32,000 bases of DNA. Origin: Candidatus Nanobsidianus stetteri. Lineage in GTDB: Archaea > Nanobdellota > Nanobdellia > Nanobdellales > Nanobdellaceae. How positions within the stretch are numbered: position 1 is the first letter of the stretch; every line of letters begins with the position of its first letter. Below are positions 8,473 to 16,096 of this stretch, in pieces. The stretch is taken from the NCBI GenBank assembly GCA_000387965.1, contig APJZ01000002.1:1-32000 (forward strand), given 5' to 3'. Under the pieces are notes generated by a model. It worked only from the letters and a program-made list of their open reading frames with translations. It searched no databases and was not told the origin of the DNA. The translations under genes and the position numbers were made by a program.

Positions 8473-10125
8473 TTATATAACTTTATCTCTTAACCTTCTT
8501 ATTTCAAAATTAAACAAATTAACACTTAAAGCTTCTCCATTTTTTATATTTCTCAAAAATAGAATACCTGGTTCTGGTTTATGGCCTAATTCTTTCTGAT
8601 ATGGAGTTATATCTTGAAAAGTAGATGAATTAATTAGATCTATTCCTCTATATTCATTATAAGATGCTCTATGGATATGGCCTGTATGAAAAAAATCTGG
8701 TACAATTTCTATTACAGAAGAATCTTCATTTATATATGGAACATATGGATTTGATCCATGAGATGGGAATATTAACCTTAACATTAACATAAACTTCATT
8801 AATTCTCCAGGTTTTTCATATCCACCCTTTTCTCTTAAAAAAGAAATATTTGATACCAACCAATCTAAAACATATCCATGATATAATAACCCAATAATTG
8901 AATTATGTATTTTTACATATGATGGATTTGATAAGTAATAAATATTTTTCATTGAATAAGATTCTCTTAACAATGATCTTGGTAATTCTGGCTGTGGTTC
9001 TGCTAATCTTGGAATATCATGATTTCCTGGTATAACAATTGTCTTTATACTTTCAGGTATTTTTAATATATAATCTTCAAAGCTTTTATATTGGTCTTCA
9101 TATGTTTTTAGAACTAATTCTTCTTTTTGTTCTGGATAAACACCGACTCCATCTACAACATCCCCTATAATTATAATATAACCAATTTTTCTTGCAATTT
9201 CATTTATTTTTTCGTTTCCTGTTTTTCCATTTACAAATTGTAAAAACCTATCAAATAGTTCATAAAATGTATATTTATTCCCTACCTGCCAATCACCAGT
9301 AAATAATATATATACATCATCTTCTCCAAAGGTTTTTGGTCTCCTTATAGGAACATCTGGTAATATTATATTATTTGCAAAAAACATCTTATTTTTATAT
9401 GTACCAACTAAACCGATAACAGAATCTAATGGTATATCTTTAACTATTTTAAAATCTATATTTTCATTATCCTTACTTATAAAAGCTTTTACAACATTAT
9501 TTCCATCTTCTATAACAAAAGTTATTCCTTTTTCAGTTATTTTTTTATCATATACCAATCCTACAATTGCAACTTCTTCATTTTCTGGTAGTTTATTTAA
9601 AGGATATATATTTCTCATTTCTGAATGCTCTTTTAATATTTTCTTTATCTTATCTAATCTTTGTTTATAATATGATATCCAGGATATTATATCTGGCTTA
9701 TTCTTTTGTATTTCAAATCTTTTCAGAATATTTATTTCTTTTGTTTCCTTCATTTCTTTTACTGATAATTCAATTTCTTCTCCAATATGTTTTTTTGTAC
9801 TTTCTATAAGAACAACTTTATTGCTTTCTTTTTCTATGTTTTGTTTATTTTCATTTATATTAAAAAAATCCTTTATATTTATTTTATTTTGTTTTTTATT
9901 TACATTATTTTCCTTTTTTTCAACATTTTCTTTATTATTATCAATATTTTTTCCAATTATTCTATTAATGAATTCTTCATCTATTATCTTTACATTATTT
10001 TTTATTGCTTCTTTAAATATAATATCTAAATCTTCCTCTTTTAAAGAATTTAGAAGATCAAGTACCTTTTTTTGAGGTATTATATTATTTTCCCATAATA
10101 ATTTTATGAAATCATCTTTGTTCAT
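8473..10125 (-). CDS. polB: DNA polymerase II (PolD) small subunit DP1
   Basis: Calcineurin-like phosphoesterase motifs: ILFTGDWQVG, IIIGDVVDGVGVYPEQ, VIPGNHD, YHGY, FHTGHIHR. An OB-like segment sits upstream. The N-terminal helical domain is followed by a K/N/E low-complexity linker. ATGA overlap with the cdc6 stop. Confidence 0.92.
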   Translation of the reverse strand: MNKDDFIKLLWENNIIPQKKVLDLLNSLKEEDLDIIFKEAIKNNVKIIDEEFINRIIGKNIDNNKENVEKKENNVNKKQNKINIKDFFNINENKQNIEKESNKVVLIESTKKHIGEEIELSVKEMKETKEINILKRFEIQKNKPDIISWISYYKQRLDKIKKILKEHSEMRNIYPLNKLPENEEVAIVGLVYDKKITEKGITFVIEDGNNVVKAFISKDNENIDFKIVKDIPLDSVIGLVGTYKNKMFFANNIILPDVPIRRPKTFGEDDVYILFTGDWQVGNKYTFYELFDRFLQFVNGKTGNEKINEIARKIGYIIIIGDVVDGVGVYPEQKEELVLKTYEDQYKSFEDYILKIPESIKTIVIPGNHDIPRLAEPQPELPRSLLRESYSMKNIYYLSNPSYVKIHNSIIGLLYHGYVLDWLVSNISFLREKGGYEKPGELMKFMLMLRLIFPSHGSNPYVPYINEDSSVIEIVPDFFHTGHIHRASYNEYRGIDLINSSTFQDITPYQKELGHKPEPGILFLRNIKNGEALSVNLFNFEIRRLRDKVI

Positions 10126-11354
10126 ATATCATTTTTTATTTTTTCATATATTTTTTTAAGGTTATCAACATCGGATATTATCTTTAATACTTTGTTTACA
10201 CCCTTTTTTCCATTAGAAATTATTTTAGATTCGATTAATTCCCCAAATATACTTTCTATTTTCTTTAAATTTTTATATACTACCGTTTTATCTAGAATAG
10301 ATATTCCAAAATTATTGGATAGATTTACATATTCTTCATAAAGATTATTAAATGTTACAAAATCTTCATTTTTTATCTGTTCTTTTATTAAAGCTAACAA
10401 TATTAATTTTTGCGTTTTATTTAAAGTACTTATTATAGATTCCAATATATTTAAATCAACACTTGAAAATGCTTCATCTATATCCTCTCTATCTATTTTT
10501 TCCTTATTTTTATTATACGCAATTGTTGCTGATAATCTTAATACATTTATCGCAATCCTCGCATCTCCAGAAAATTCTTTAGAAACTCTTGCAGATATAT
10601 AATTTATATCTTCCTCAGATATTGAACCTGGTTTTAAAGCTTTTATAGCCCTATCCTTTAGAATTTCTCTAAGTTCATAATAATTATATGGAGAAAACCT
10701 TACCTGGATTATTGACGAAAATGATGATTTTATTCTTTGATCTAATTGAGATATAAAAGATGGAGAATTGGAAATTAGTATTAGTCTTATTCTATTTAAA
10801 AAGTTTATATCATAATTTCTTAATAGTAGATATAATATTTCTGTATTTTCAGATTTTCTGAATATGTTATCTACCTCATCTAATATTATTATTAGTTTAT
10901 AATCATTATTAATTATGAATTTATATATATTTTCATATATATCATTCTTCCTAAATCCGCTTTTTATATTTATGTTTACCAATTCTTCATATATTCTCTT
11001 AAATATATAATAATCTATATCATCTGATAATATCTGTTTACAATTTATATATGCAACTTTCACTTTTAATTTATTTTTTGCTGAATAAAATGATATGCCT
11101 TTATTTAGATATCTAGCTATTAATGTTTTCCCAGTACCTGTAGTCCCATATAAAAATAGGTTACTTCCAGTGTTTCTATTTAAAAATAAGTTTATATTTG
11201 ATAATATAATTTCTTTTTCTTTATCTCTAAATTTTATTTCGTATGGAACAAAATCCTCTTCAAAATATCTCCCATCTATGATAATATTGTTATTTTTGTT
11301 TGATATTTTTTCAAAATCTGCTAAAAAATAATCTATTATTGAATTTGTTATCAT
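10122..11354 (-). CDS. cdc6: Orc1/Cdc6 replication initiator
   Basis: AAA+ motifs LFLYGTTGTGKTLIARYL (Walker A), IIILDEVD (Walker B) and LILISN (sensor region). C-terminal winged-helix region. 410 aa. Confidence 0.93.
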   Translation of the reverse strand: MITNSIIDYFLADFEKISNKNNNIIIDGRYFEEDFVPYEIKFRDKEKEIILSNINLFLNRNTGSNLFLYGTTGTGKTLIARYLNKGISFYSAKNKLKVKVAYINCKQILSDDIDYYIFKRIYEELVNINIKSGFRKNDIYENIYKFIINNDYKLIIILDEVDNIFRKSENTEILYLLLRNYDINFLNRIRLILISNSPSFISQLDQRIKSSFSSIIQVRFSPYNYYELREILKDRAIKALKPGSISEEDINYISARVSKEFSGDARIAINVLRLSATIAYNKNKEKIDREDIDEAFSSVDLNILESIISTLNKTQKLILLALIKEQIKNEDFVTFNNLYEEYVNLSNNFGISILDKTVVYKNLKKIESIFGELIESKIISNGKKGVNKVLKIISDVDNLKKIYEKIKNDI

Positions 11355-11681
11355 AATATCTTATATTGTAAAAAATTTTATAAAATATTTTTGTAATCGA
11401 TTTAAAAATATCATAATATTCTTTTTATCCCTTAAAATAATAACTTTTCAATTGATTTTTAAAAAATCACCCTTAAATTTCTTCCACAATCGATTTTTCC
11501 TTCTAAATATATCTATAATTTTTGTGTTTAAAAACATTGCTTATCAAAAAATTTATAAAAGATATTTATAAAATTTTTGGTACACCTCTATCAAAATGCA
11601 AGTTTATTATGTTGTATTTGCCAAACTTTTATATACTACTAATTAGTAATTAATTATTTTATTTGTTCATATCCTAAGTTA
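11355..11681. other. Candidate replication origin (oriC) and divergent promoter region upstream of cdc6
   Basis: At 327 bp this is the longest intergenic spacer in the window, and it lies directly upstream of cdc6-dp1. It has three direct copies of AATYGATTT with A/T tails: taatcgatttaaaaatatca ~11394-11413, caattgatttttaaaaaatcac ~11449-11470, and cttccacaatcgatttttcc 11481-11500. The third is preceded by TTCCAC, which is reminiscent of ORB cores. Confidence 0.45.
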
Positions 11682-12695
11682 TTATAATAGATTTTGAAGA
11701 CGGTGTTCCCTATAATTTTTTAAAATTTTCTTCAACCTTTCTTCATCAATATCATTTTCTATTATATTAGATTTTTCCTCATGAAACTTTTCAACAATAA
11801 TAAAATTTTTTAGTTCTTTAAATTCATCTACAATATAAAATTTTGGAAAAATATTTTTAGCTTCTATCAAATTTTCTCTTTTTACAAAGAATTTCACATC
11901 TTTACTTTTATAATATGTAATATATTCTTCTTTAAATTCATCTATAAATATTCTATTATAATAAATTTTATTCAAATATAAAAAGGAAATTTTTGGTATA
12001 ATATTATCATTATTTTTTAATCTTTCAGTTAAAATCTTAGATAAAATATTATAATCATTTAACAATTCAATATATTTCTTATTTAGTTCTTCTATTATTT
12101 TTTCCTTTTCTTCTTTATCTTTTTCATTCTTTATAATAACTTTTATTATTTCAATATCTCTTTTATCTATCTTTGTTTTCCTTCTTTTCTTTTTCTCTTT
12201 TATCTCTTTTTCTTTTTTTATTAAATTATTTTTTGCTGAGATCGCTTCTACCTTCCTATTTTTCAATATATATCTTAATATTTTGATGTATTCATCTTGA
12301 TTTTCAGAAACTCTTTTAGCCTTTTCGAATATTTCTTTTAGCTTTTTTAATGCTTCTATTGCTGATATATAAGCGTCAAATTCATGATTATTTTCAAATA
12401 TTTTTTTCAAATTATCATCCTTATAATATTTGTTTTTTATTTCTAAACTAATATCTTCTTTTGGATTATATACACCAATATTTAGTTTTGATGCTATATC
12501 CAATATTGTCTTTGGTATATCTTTTTTATCTGTAGCAATAAGTACAACATGCTTTAAATTACTTATATATTTAATAATATCTTCATTTTGTATATTTTTT
12601 CCACTTAATTTATCAATTATATTTCCATTATCATCTATAACAACCAATCCTAAATTTGTACCAGGATCTATCCCAACAATTAAGGATTTTAGCAT
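11682..12695 (-). CDS. DUF460 / COG2433-like protein (predicted RNase H-fold nuclease) with a long K/E coiled-coil middle
   Basis: The N-terminus LIVGIDPGTNLGLVVIDDNGNII...VVLIATDK resembles the RuvC/YqgF-like DUF460 start. The centre is a lysine/glutamate-rich coiled coil. Assignment is by motif memory only. Confidence 0.55.
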   Translation of the reverse strand: MLKSLIVGIDPGTNLGLVVIDDNGNIIDKLSGKNIQNEDIIKYISNLKHVVLIATDKKDIPKTILDIASKLNIGVYNPKEDISLEIKNKYYKDDNLKKIFENNHEFDAYISAIEALKKLKEIFEKAKRVSENQDEYIKILRYILKNRKVEAISAKNNLIKKEKEIKEKKKRRKTKIDKRDIEIIKVIIKNEKDKEEKEKIIEELNKKYIELLNDYNILSKILTERLKNNDNIIPKISFLYLNKIYYNRIFIDEFKEEYITYYKSKDVKFFVKRENLIEAKNIFPKFYIVDEFKELKNFIIVEKFHEEKSNIIENDIDEERLKKILKNYREHRLQNLL

Positions 12696-12767
12696 TATTA
12701 TATTTATTTTAATTTTTTCCTTAAAAATCTATATTTCTTTTAAATCTTACTAATATATTATTAATAA

Positions 12768-13130
12768 ATGCCAAATGATTGGTCATATTTAGTAGAATTA
12801 CAGAAAAACAAACCAGGTACTTTAGCGAAGATACTTAAAAATAATGCACCAAAATATGTAAAGGAAGAAGTTAAAAGATTAATTAAAGAGGGTAAAATAA
12901 AGAATATACAAGAATTAATAGAAAAAGCAGTAAGTGAGAATAAGAGTTTAATAAAAGTATTAGAAGAATATGGAATTAAAAATAAGGAAAGAAAATTTGG
13001 AAAAGGAAGTGTAAGATGTATAATATGTGGTTCTCATGATAGAGTTATTAGAAGATATAAAATATATATATGTGGAAGATGTTTTAGAGAAATGGCAAAA
13101 GAATTAGGATTTAAAGTAATGGGAGAATAA
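12768..13130 (+). CDS. rps14: Ribosomal protein uS14 (zinc-ribbon type) with an N-terminal extension of ~65 aa
   Basis: The C-terminal 55 aa KERKFGKGSVRCIICGSHDRVIRRYKIYICGRCFREMAKELGFKV matches canonical archaeal S14. There is no in-frame ATG, GTG or TTG between codon 1 and the FGKG core. Confidence 0.8.
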   Translation: MPNDWSYLVELQKNKPGTLAKILKNNAPKYVKEEVKRLIKEGKIKNIQELIEKAVSENKSLIKVLEEYGIKNKERKFGKGSVRCIICGSHDRVIRRYKIYICGRCFREMAKELGFKVMGE

Positions 13131-13504
13131 TGGTGGATATAATTAATGATTTCTTTTCTCATGCTACAAATTGTATAAATATTGGAAGAAGGGAGGTAGA
13201 ATTTAATTATTACAATAAACTATTATTGAATATTTTAGAAAAATTAAAGGAATATAGATTTGTTGAAGAATATAAAACAGAAGGAAAAATATTAATTGCT
13301 AGATTTTCTGAATATTTTAATTTTGGAAAGGCAATTCATCCAAGATATCCTGTATCATATAAAGAATTAGAAAAGTATGAAAAAAGATATTTGCCTGCAA
13401 GTGGTTTTGGAATATTATTAGTATCTACTAATAAAGGAATTAAAACAAATGAAGAATGTAAAAGGGAAAAAATAGGGGGTGTTTTAGTTGCTGTAGTTTA
13501 TTAA
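13130..13504 (+). CDS. rps8: Ribosomal protein uS8
   Basis: IINDFFSHATNCINIGRREV..., [37 protein letters not shown] (the canonical S8 C-terminus). TAATG overlap with the S14 stop. Confidence 0.9.
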   Translation: MVDIINDFFSHATNCINIGRREVEFNYYNKLLLNILEKLKEYRFVEEYKTEGKILIARFSEYFNFGKAIHPRYPVSYKELEKYEKRYLPASGFGILLVSTNKGIKTNEECKREKIGGVLVAVVY

Positions 13505-13752
13505 AGTTTTTTAAGATATTCTTCCAATTTTTCTTTTAATTCCTTATTATTTAATATAGACTCTATTTCAGATAATTTTCCTTCTATAGATAATAATTTT
13601 CTATATAATATACCCAATGCAATCCATATCTGTACTTTTGATGGATTATCGGTATTTTCATATATATCTTTATATTTTTTTGTCTCTTCTATTAATGATT
13701 TTACAAAATCTCTAAATACAGGATCTAAACTATCTTTCCAATCAGAGGCCAT
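13501..13752 (-). CDS. Hypothetical 83-aa protein, overlapping and downstream of uL18
   Basis: The ATG at 13752 overlaps the L18 stop (13742) by 11 nt. Predicted helical ([27 protein letters not shown]...). I recognise no family. Confidence 0.5.
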   Translation of the reverse strand: MASDWKDSLDPVFRDFVKSLIEETKKYKDIYENTDNPSKVQIWIALGILYRKLLSIEGKLSEIESILNNKELKEKLEEYLKKL

Positions 13753-14338
13753 ATTCTTTTAATATTTTATTTTTAACCTCTTCAAAATGCTCTACTATTT
13801 TTTCAGGTTCTAATCCATTCTTTAAATATCTTGAAAATTGTTTATTATATTTTTCAGGATCTTTTTCTTTTAACATTAATGCATAATTTTTTATGTGTTC
13901 ACCTTTTATTCTCTCTTCAGAGGGTAAAATTTCCTCATTATATGGAATCTTTAATCCGGCATCAATTGCACCTTTTAGTGCAGCATATAATGCATTTCCC
14001 TTTGTAGATCTATATCTTCCAATATCTAATATTGCTTCTTCAATTCCTTTCTTCTTTGCTTCTAAACCTGCTAATAAGCCAACTAAATATGCTGTTGGTA
14101 AATTTCCTCTATGACCTTTCCATCCATATTTCTTTTCTAATATTTTTGAATGTATTGTTAATAATGTTTTATCTCCATTTTCATTATATGATATTATTTG
14201 TGCTAATATGTTGTTTAAAAATCTTCTAACGACTAATCTTGGCTTTTTTGATTTCAATAACTTTAGTCTCTTCCTATAATCTGTAATATTTTCTCTTCTT
14301 CTTCTAAATTTTACTAAGTAAGTAGGACCTGTAGCCAT
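13742..14338 (-). CDS. rpl18: Ribosomal protein uL18 (L5e family)
   Basis: [49 protein letters not shown]... followed by [13 protein letters not shown] and [10 protein letters not shown], which is the typical archaeal L18 layout. Confidence 0.92.
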   Translation of the reverse strand: MATGPTYLVKFRRRRENITDYRKRLKLLKSKKPRLVVRRFLNNILAQIISYNENGDKTLLTIHSKILEKKYGWKGHRGNLPTAYLVGLLAGLEAKKKGIEEAILDIGRYRSTKGNALYAALKGAIDAGLKIPYNEEILPSEERIKGEHIKNYALMLKEKDPEKYNKQFSRYLKNGLEPEKIVEHFEEVKNKILKEYGL

Positions 14339-14416
14339 TAAAGATATTTTTATAAGTAATTTTTTAAATTTAATTTAATTTAAATTTTAAATTAATTTGA
14401 GATTTGTAAAAGTAAA

Positions 14417-15892
14417 TTATAATATTGAAAACAATTCTCTTGGCATATATAATATATTGTCTTTAAATTCTAAATCACAATCTCCAATAATAATCCCATA
14501 TTCCGAATTATATCTTTTCATACTATTTCTTACTTGTTTTTCACCTTTTTGACTTTTTCCATATTTAACTTCTATAGGTATTATTTTATTATTAGATGTT
14601 TTTATTAGAAAATCTGCACTGTTTTTATTAGGATCGAAAAAAACCTTTGTATTTAACACATTATGAGTTATTTGTATTTTATATAATACTGAAGCTATAT
14701 ACTCTTCTAGTAGAAAACCAATATCACTTTCTTTAAATGTTCCCAGATAATCTTTTATCATAAATCTTATTGTTGGTGTTATAAAATAATGTTTCCAAGC
14801 TTTTCTGCTTATTTTTTCTTCACTTCCTAATGGTTTAATAGAAAAAATTAAAGAAGACATTTCTAAATATGTTAAAATTTTCCGTACACGATCCCTATCT
14901 ATATTTAAACCTTTTGAAATGTTTTCTATGCTTGTTTTTTCTGAGCCTGCCAAATAATTTATAATTTTTATAGTATCATCTATTATTTTTATATAATCTT
15001 CTATACTAGAAGATTCAATGATGCTTATCTTAGATATATCTAAATAAGCAATTTTTTTAATTGTTTCCAGTAATAAATCTTCAGAATCTTTTTTATATAA
15101 TGCTGTAAATGGAAAACCTCCGAATTTTAAGAAATCTTCAATTTCAAATGAATATAATTTTATTTTTTTATATATTTCTATAATTTCGTTATTATTGTAA
15201 AATTCTCTAGCAAATTCAGGAATAAGCGAATTATCATTTAATAATTTTAGTATTTCATTCTTAATTATTTTGGTTTTATAGTACTTATCTATCTTTTTTG
15301 ATATTTTTAAATATTCAATAAAATTTAAAGGAAATAAATATTCTTTTTTTGCCCTTCTAGCCAAATCTGCACTAGTTTCTTTTTCTAATTCTAATGCAGA
15401 GGAACCTGTGGCAATTATAAAGATATTTGGATATTTATCATAAATAACTTTTAATGTTAAAGCCCAATTTGGATCATGGTTTACTTCATCCAATAATAAA
15501 AATACAGGTTTTTCAGAAGTTACTAAATCTTCAAACAAAATTTTAGATTCATAAACTTCTATACAAGATCTTAAATCGAAATTAAGACTTTTTAAGTCAT
15601 CTACAGATATAAACAGTATTCTTTCTCTAGGTATATTCTTTTTTCTAATTAGATATAAATATATTTGATATAATAATGTTGTTTTACCAGTTCCTCTTAA
15701 CCCAGGCATTATAATTAATCTATTAATTTTTTCATTTTTTTCAAGGAAATTATCTATATGTTTTTTTATTCTGGAAAAAATATGTCTTTTTGGGAGTGGT
15801 TTATTATTATCATCTGTAGTATATTTTAAGGCCAACCTTTCTGTATATTGTATTCTTCTTTCTAGATAATTCTTTAGTATATCAATATCCAT
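14417..15892 (-). CDS. AAA+ ATPase of the COG1373 type (AAA_14 plus DUF4143-like C-terminus)
   Basis: Walker A IIMPGLRGTGKTTLLYQI and Walker B FLLLDEVNH. The C-terminal ...ADFLIK...IPIEVKYG segment is typical of the restriction-endonuclease-like DUF4143 end. I moved the start to the internal ATG (MDIDILKNYLERR) because the first 17 codons of the track ORF read as AT-rich spacer. Confidence 0.8.
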   Translation of the reverse strand: MDIDILKNYLERRIQYTERLALKYTTDDNNKPLPKRHIFSRIKKHIDNFLEKNEKINRLIIMPGLRGTGKTTLLYQIYLYLIRKKNIPRERILFISVDDLKSLNFDLRSCIEVYESKILFEDLVTSEKPVFLLLDEVNHDPNWALTLKVIYDKYPNIFIIATGSSALELEKETSADLARRAKKEYLFPLNFIEYLKISKKIDKYYKTKIIKNEILKLLNDNSLIPEFAREFYNNNEIIEIYKKIKLYSFEIEDFLKFGGFPFTALYKKDSEDLLLETIKKIAYLDISKISIIESSSIEDYIKIIDDTIKIINYLAGSEKTSIENISKGLNIDRDRVRKILTYLEMSSLIFSIKPLGSEEKISRKAWKHYFITPTIRFMIKDYLGTFKESDIGFLLEEYIASVLYKIQITHNVLNTKVFFDPNKNSADFLIKTSNNKIIPIEVKYGKSQKGEKQVRNSMKRYNSEYGIIIGDCDLEFKDNILYMPRELFSIL

Positions 15893-16096
15893 GATATTAT
15901 AACAATATTTAATATTATAAATATTATATTTTATCATGATCATTAGTAGAGGTATTTCAATAATATTATATTAATATTTAGTATTAAATATAATAAGATT
16001 TATCATAACAATTAGTATAATGATATCATATTTATATACTAAAAATTAAGATGAAAATATAAATTATTATTGTACTAGATTATATGATAAAGAAAT

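Noticed and set aside
9567-10075. Three plus-strand 80-84-aa ORFs antisense to the DP1 gene
   Set aside because: Their Phe/Ile/Leu-rich translations come from the antisense of a Lys/Asn/Glu-rich coding region, and the strongly supported DP1 occupies the locus. The same reasoning applies to the track ORFs at 2848-3084, 3711-4024, 5485-5670, 6296-6568, 11095-11331, 12430-12753, 13893-14229, 18651-18833, 18823-19020, 21031-21222, 23661-23879, 24486-24683 and 27374-27583.
14339-14416. Tandem-looking aattt/aaatt repeats between uL18 and the AAA+ ATPase
   Set aside because: This is low-complexity A/T sequence of the kind found in every spacer here. It has no defined unit or copy structure and is probably just promoter/terminator A/T tracts.
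15893-15943. First 17 codons of the track ORF for the AAA+ ATPase (MIMIKYNIYNIKYCYNI)
   Set aside because: It reads like translated AT-rich spacer. The internal ATG at 15892 gives a sensible N-terminus (MDIDILKNYLERR).
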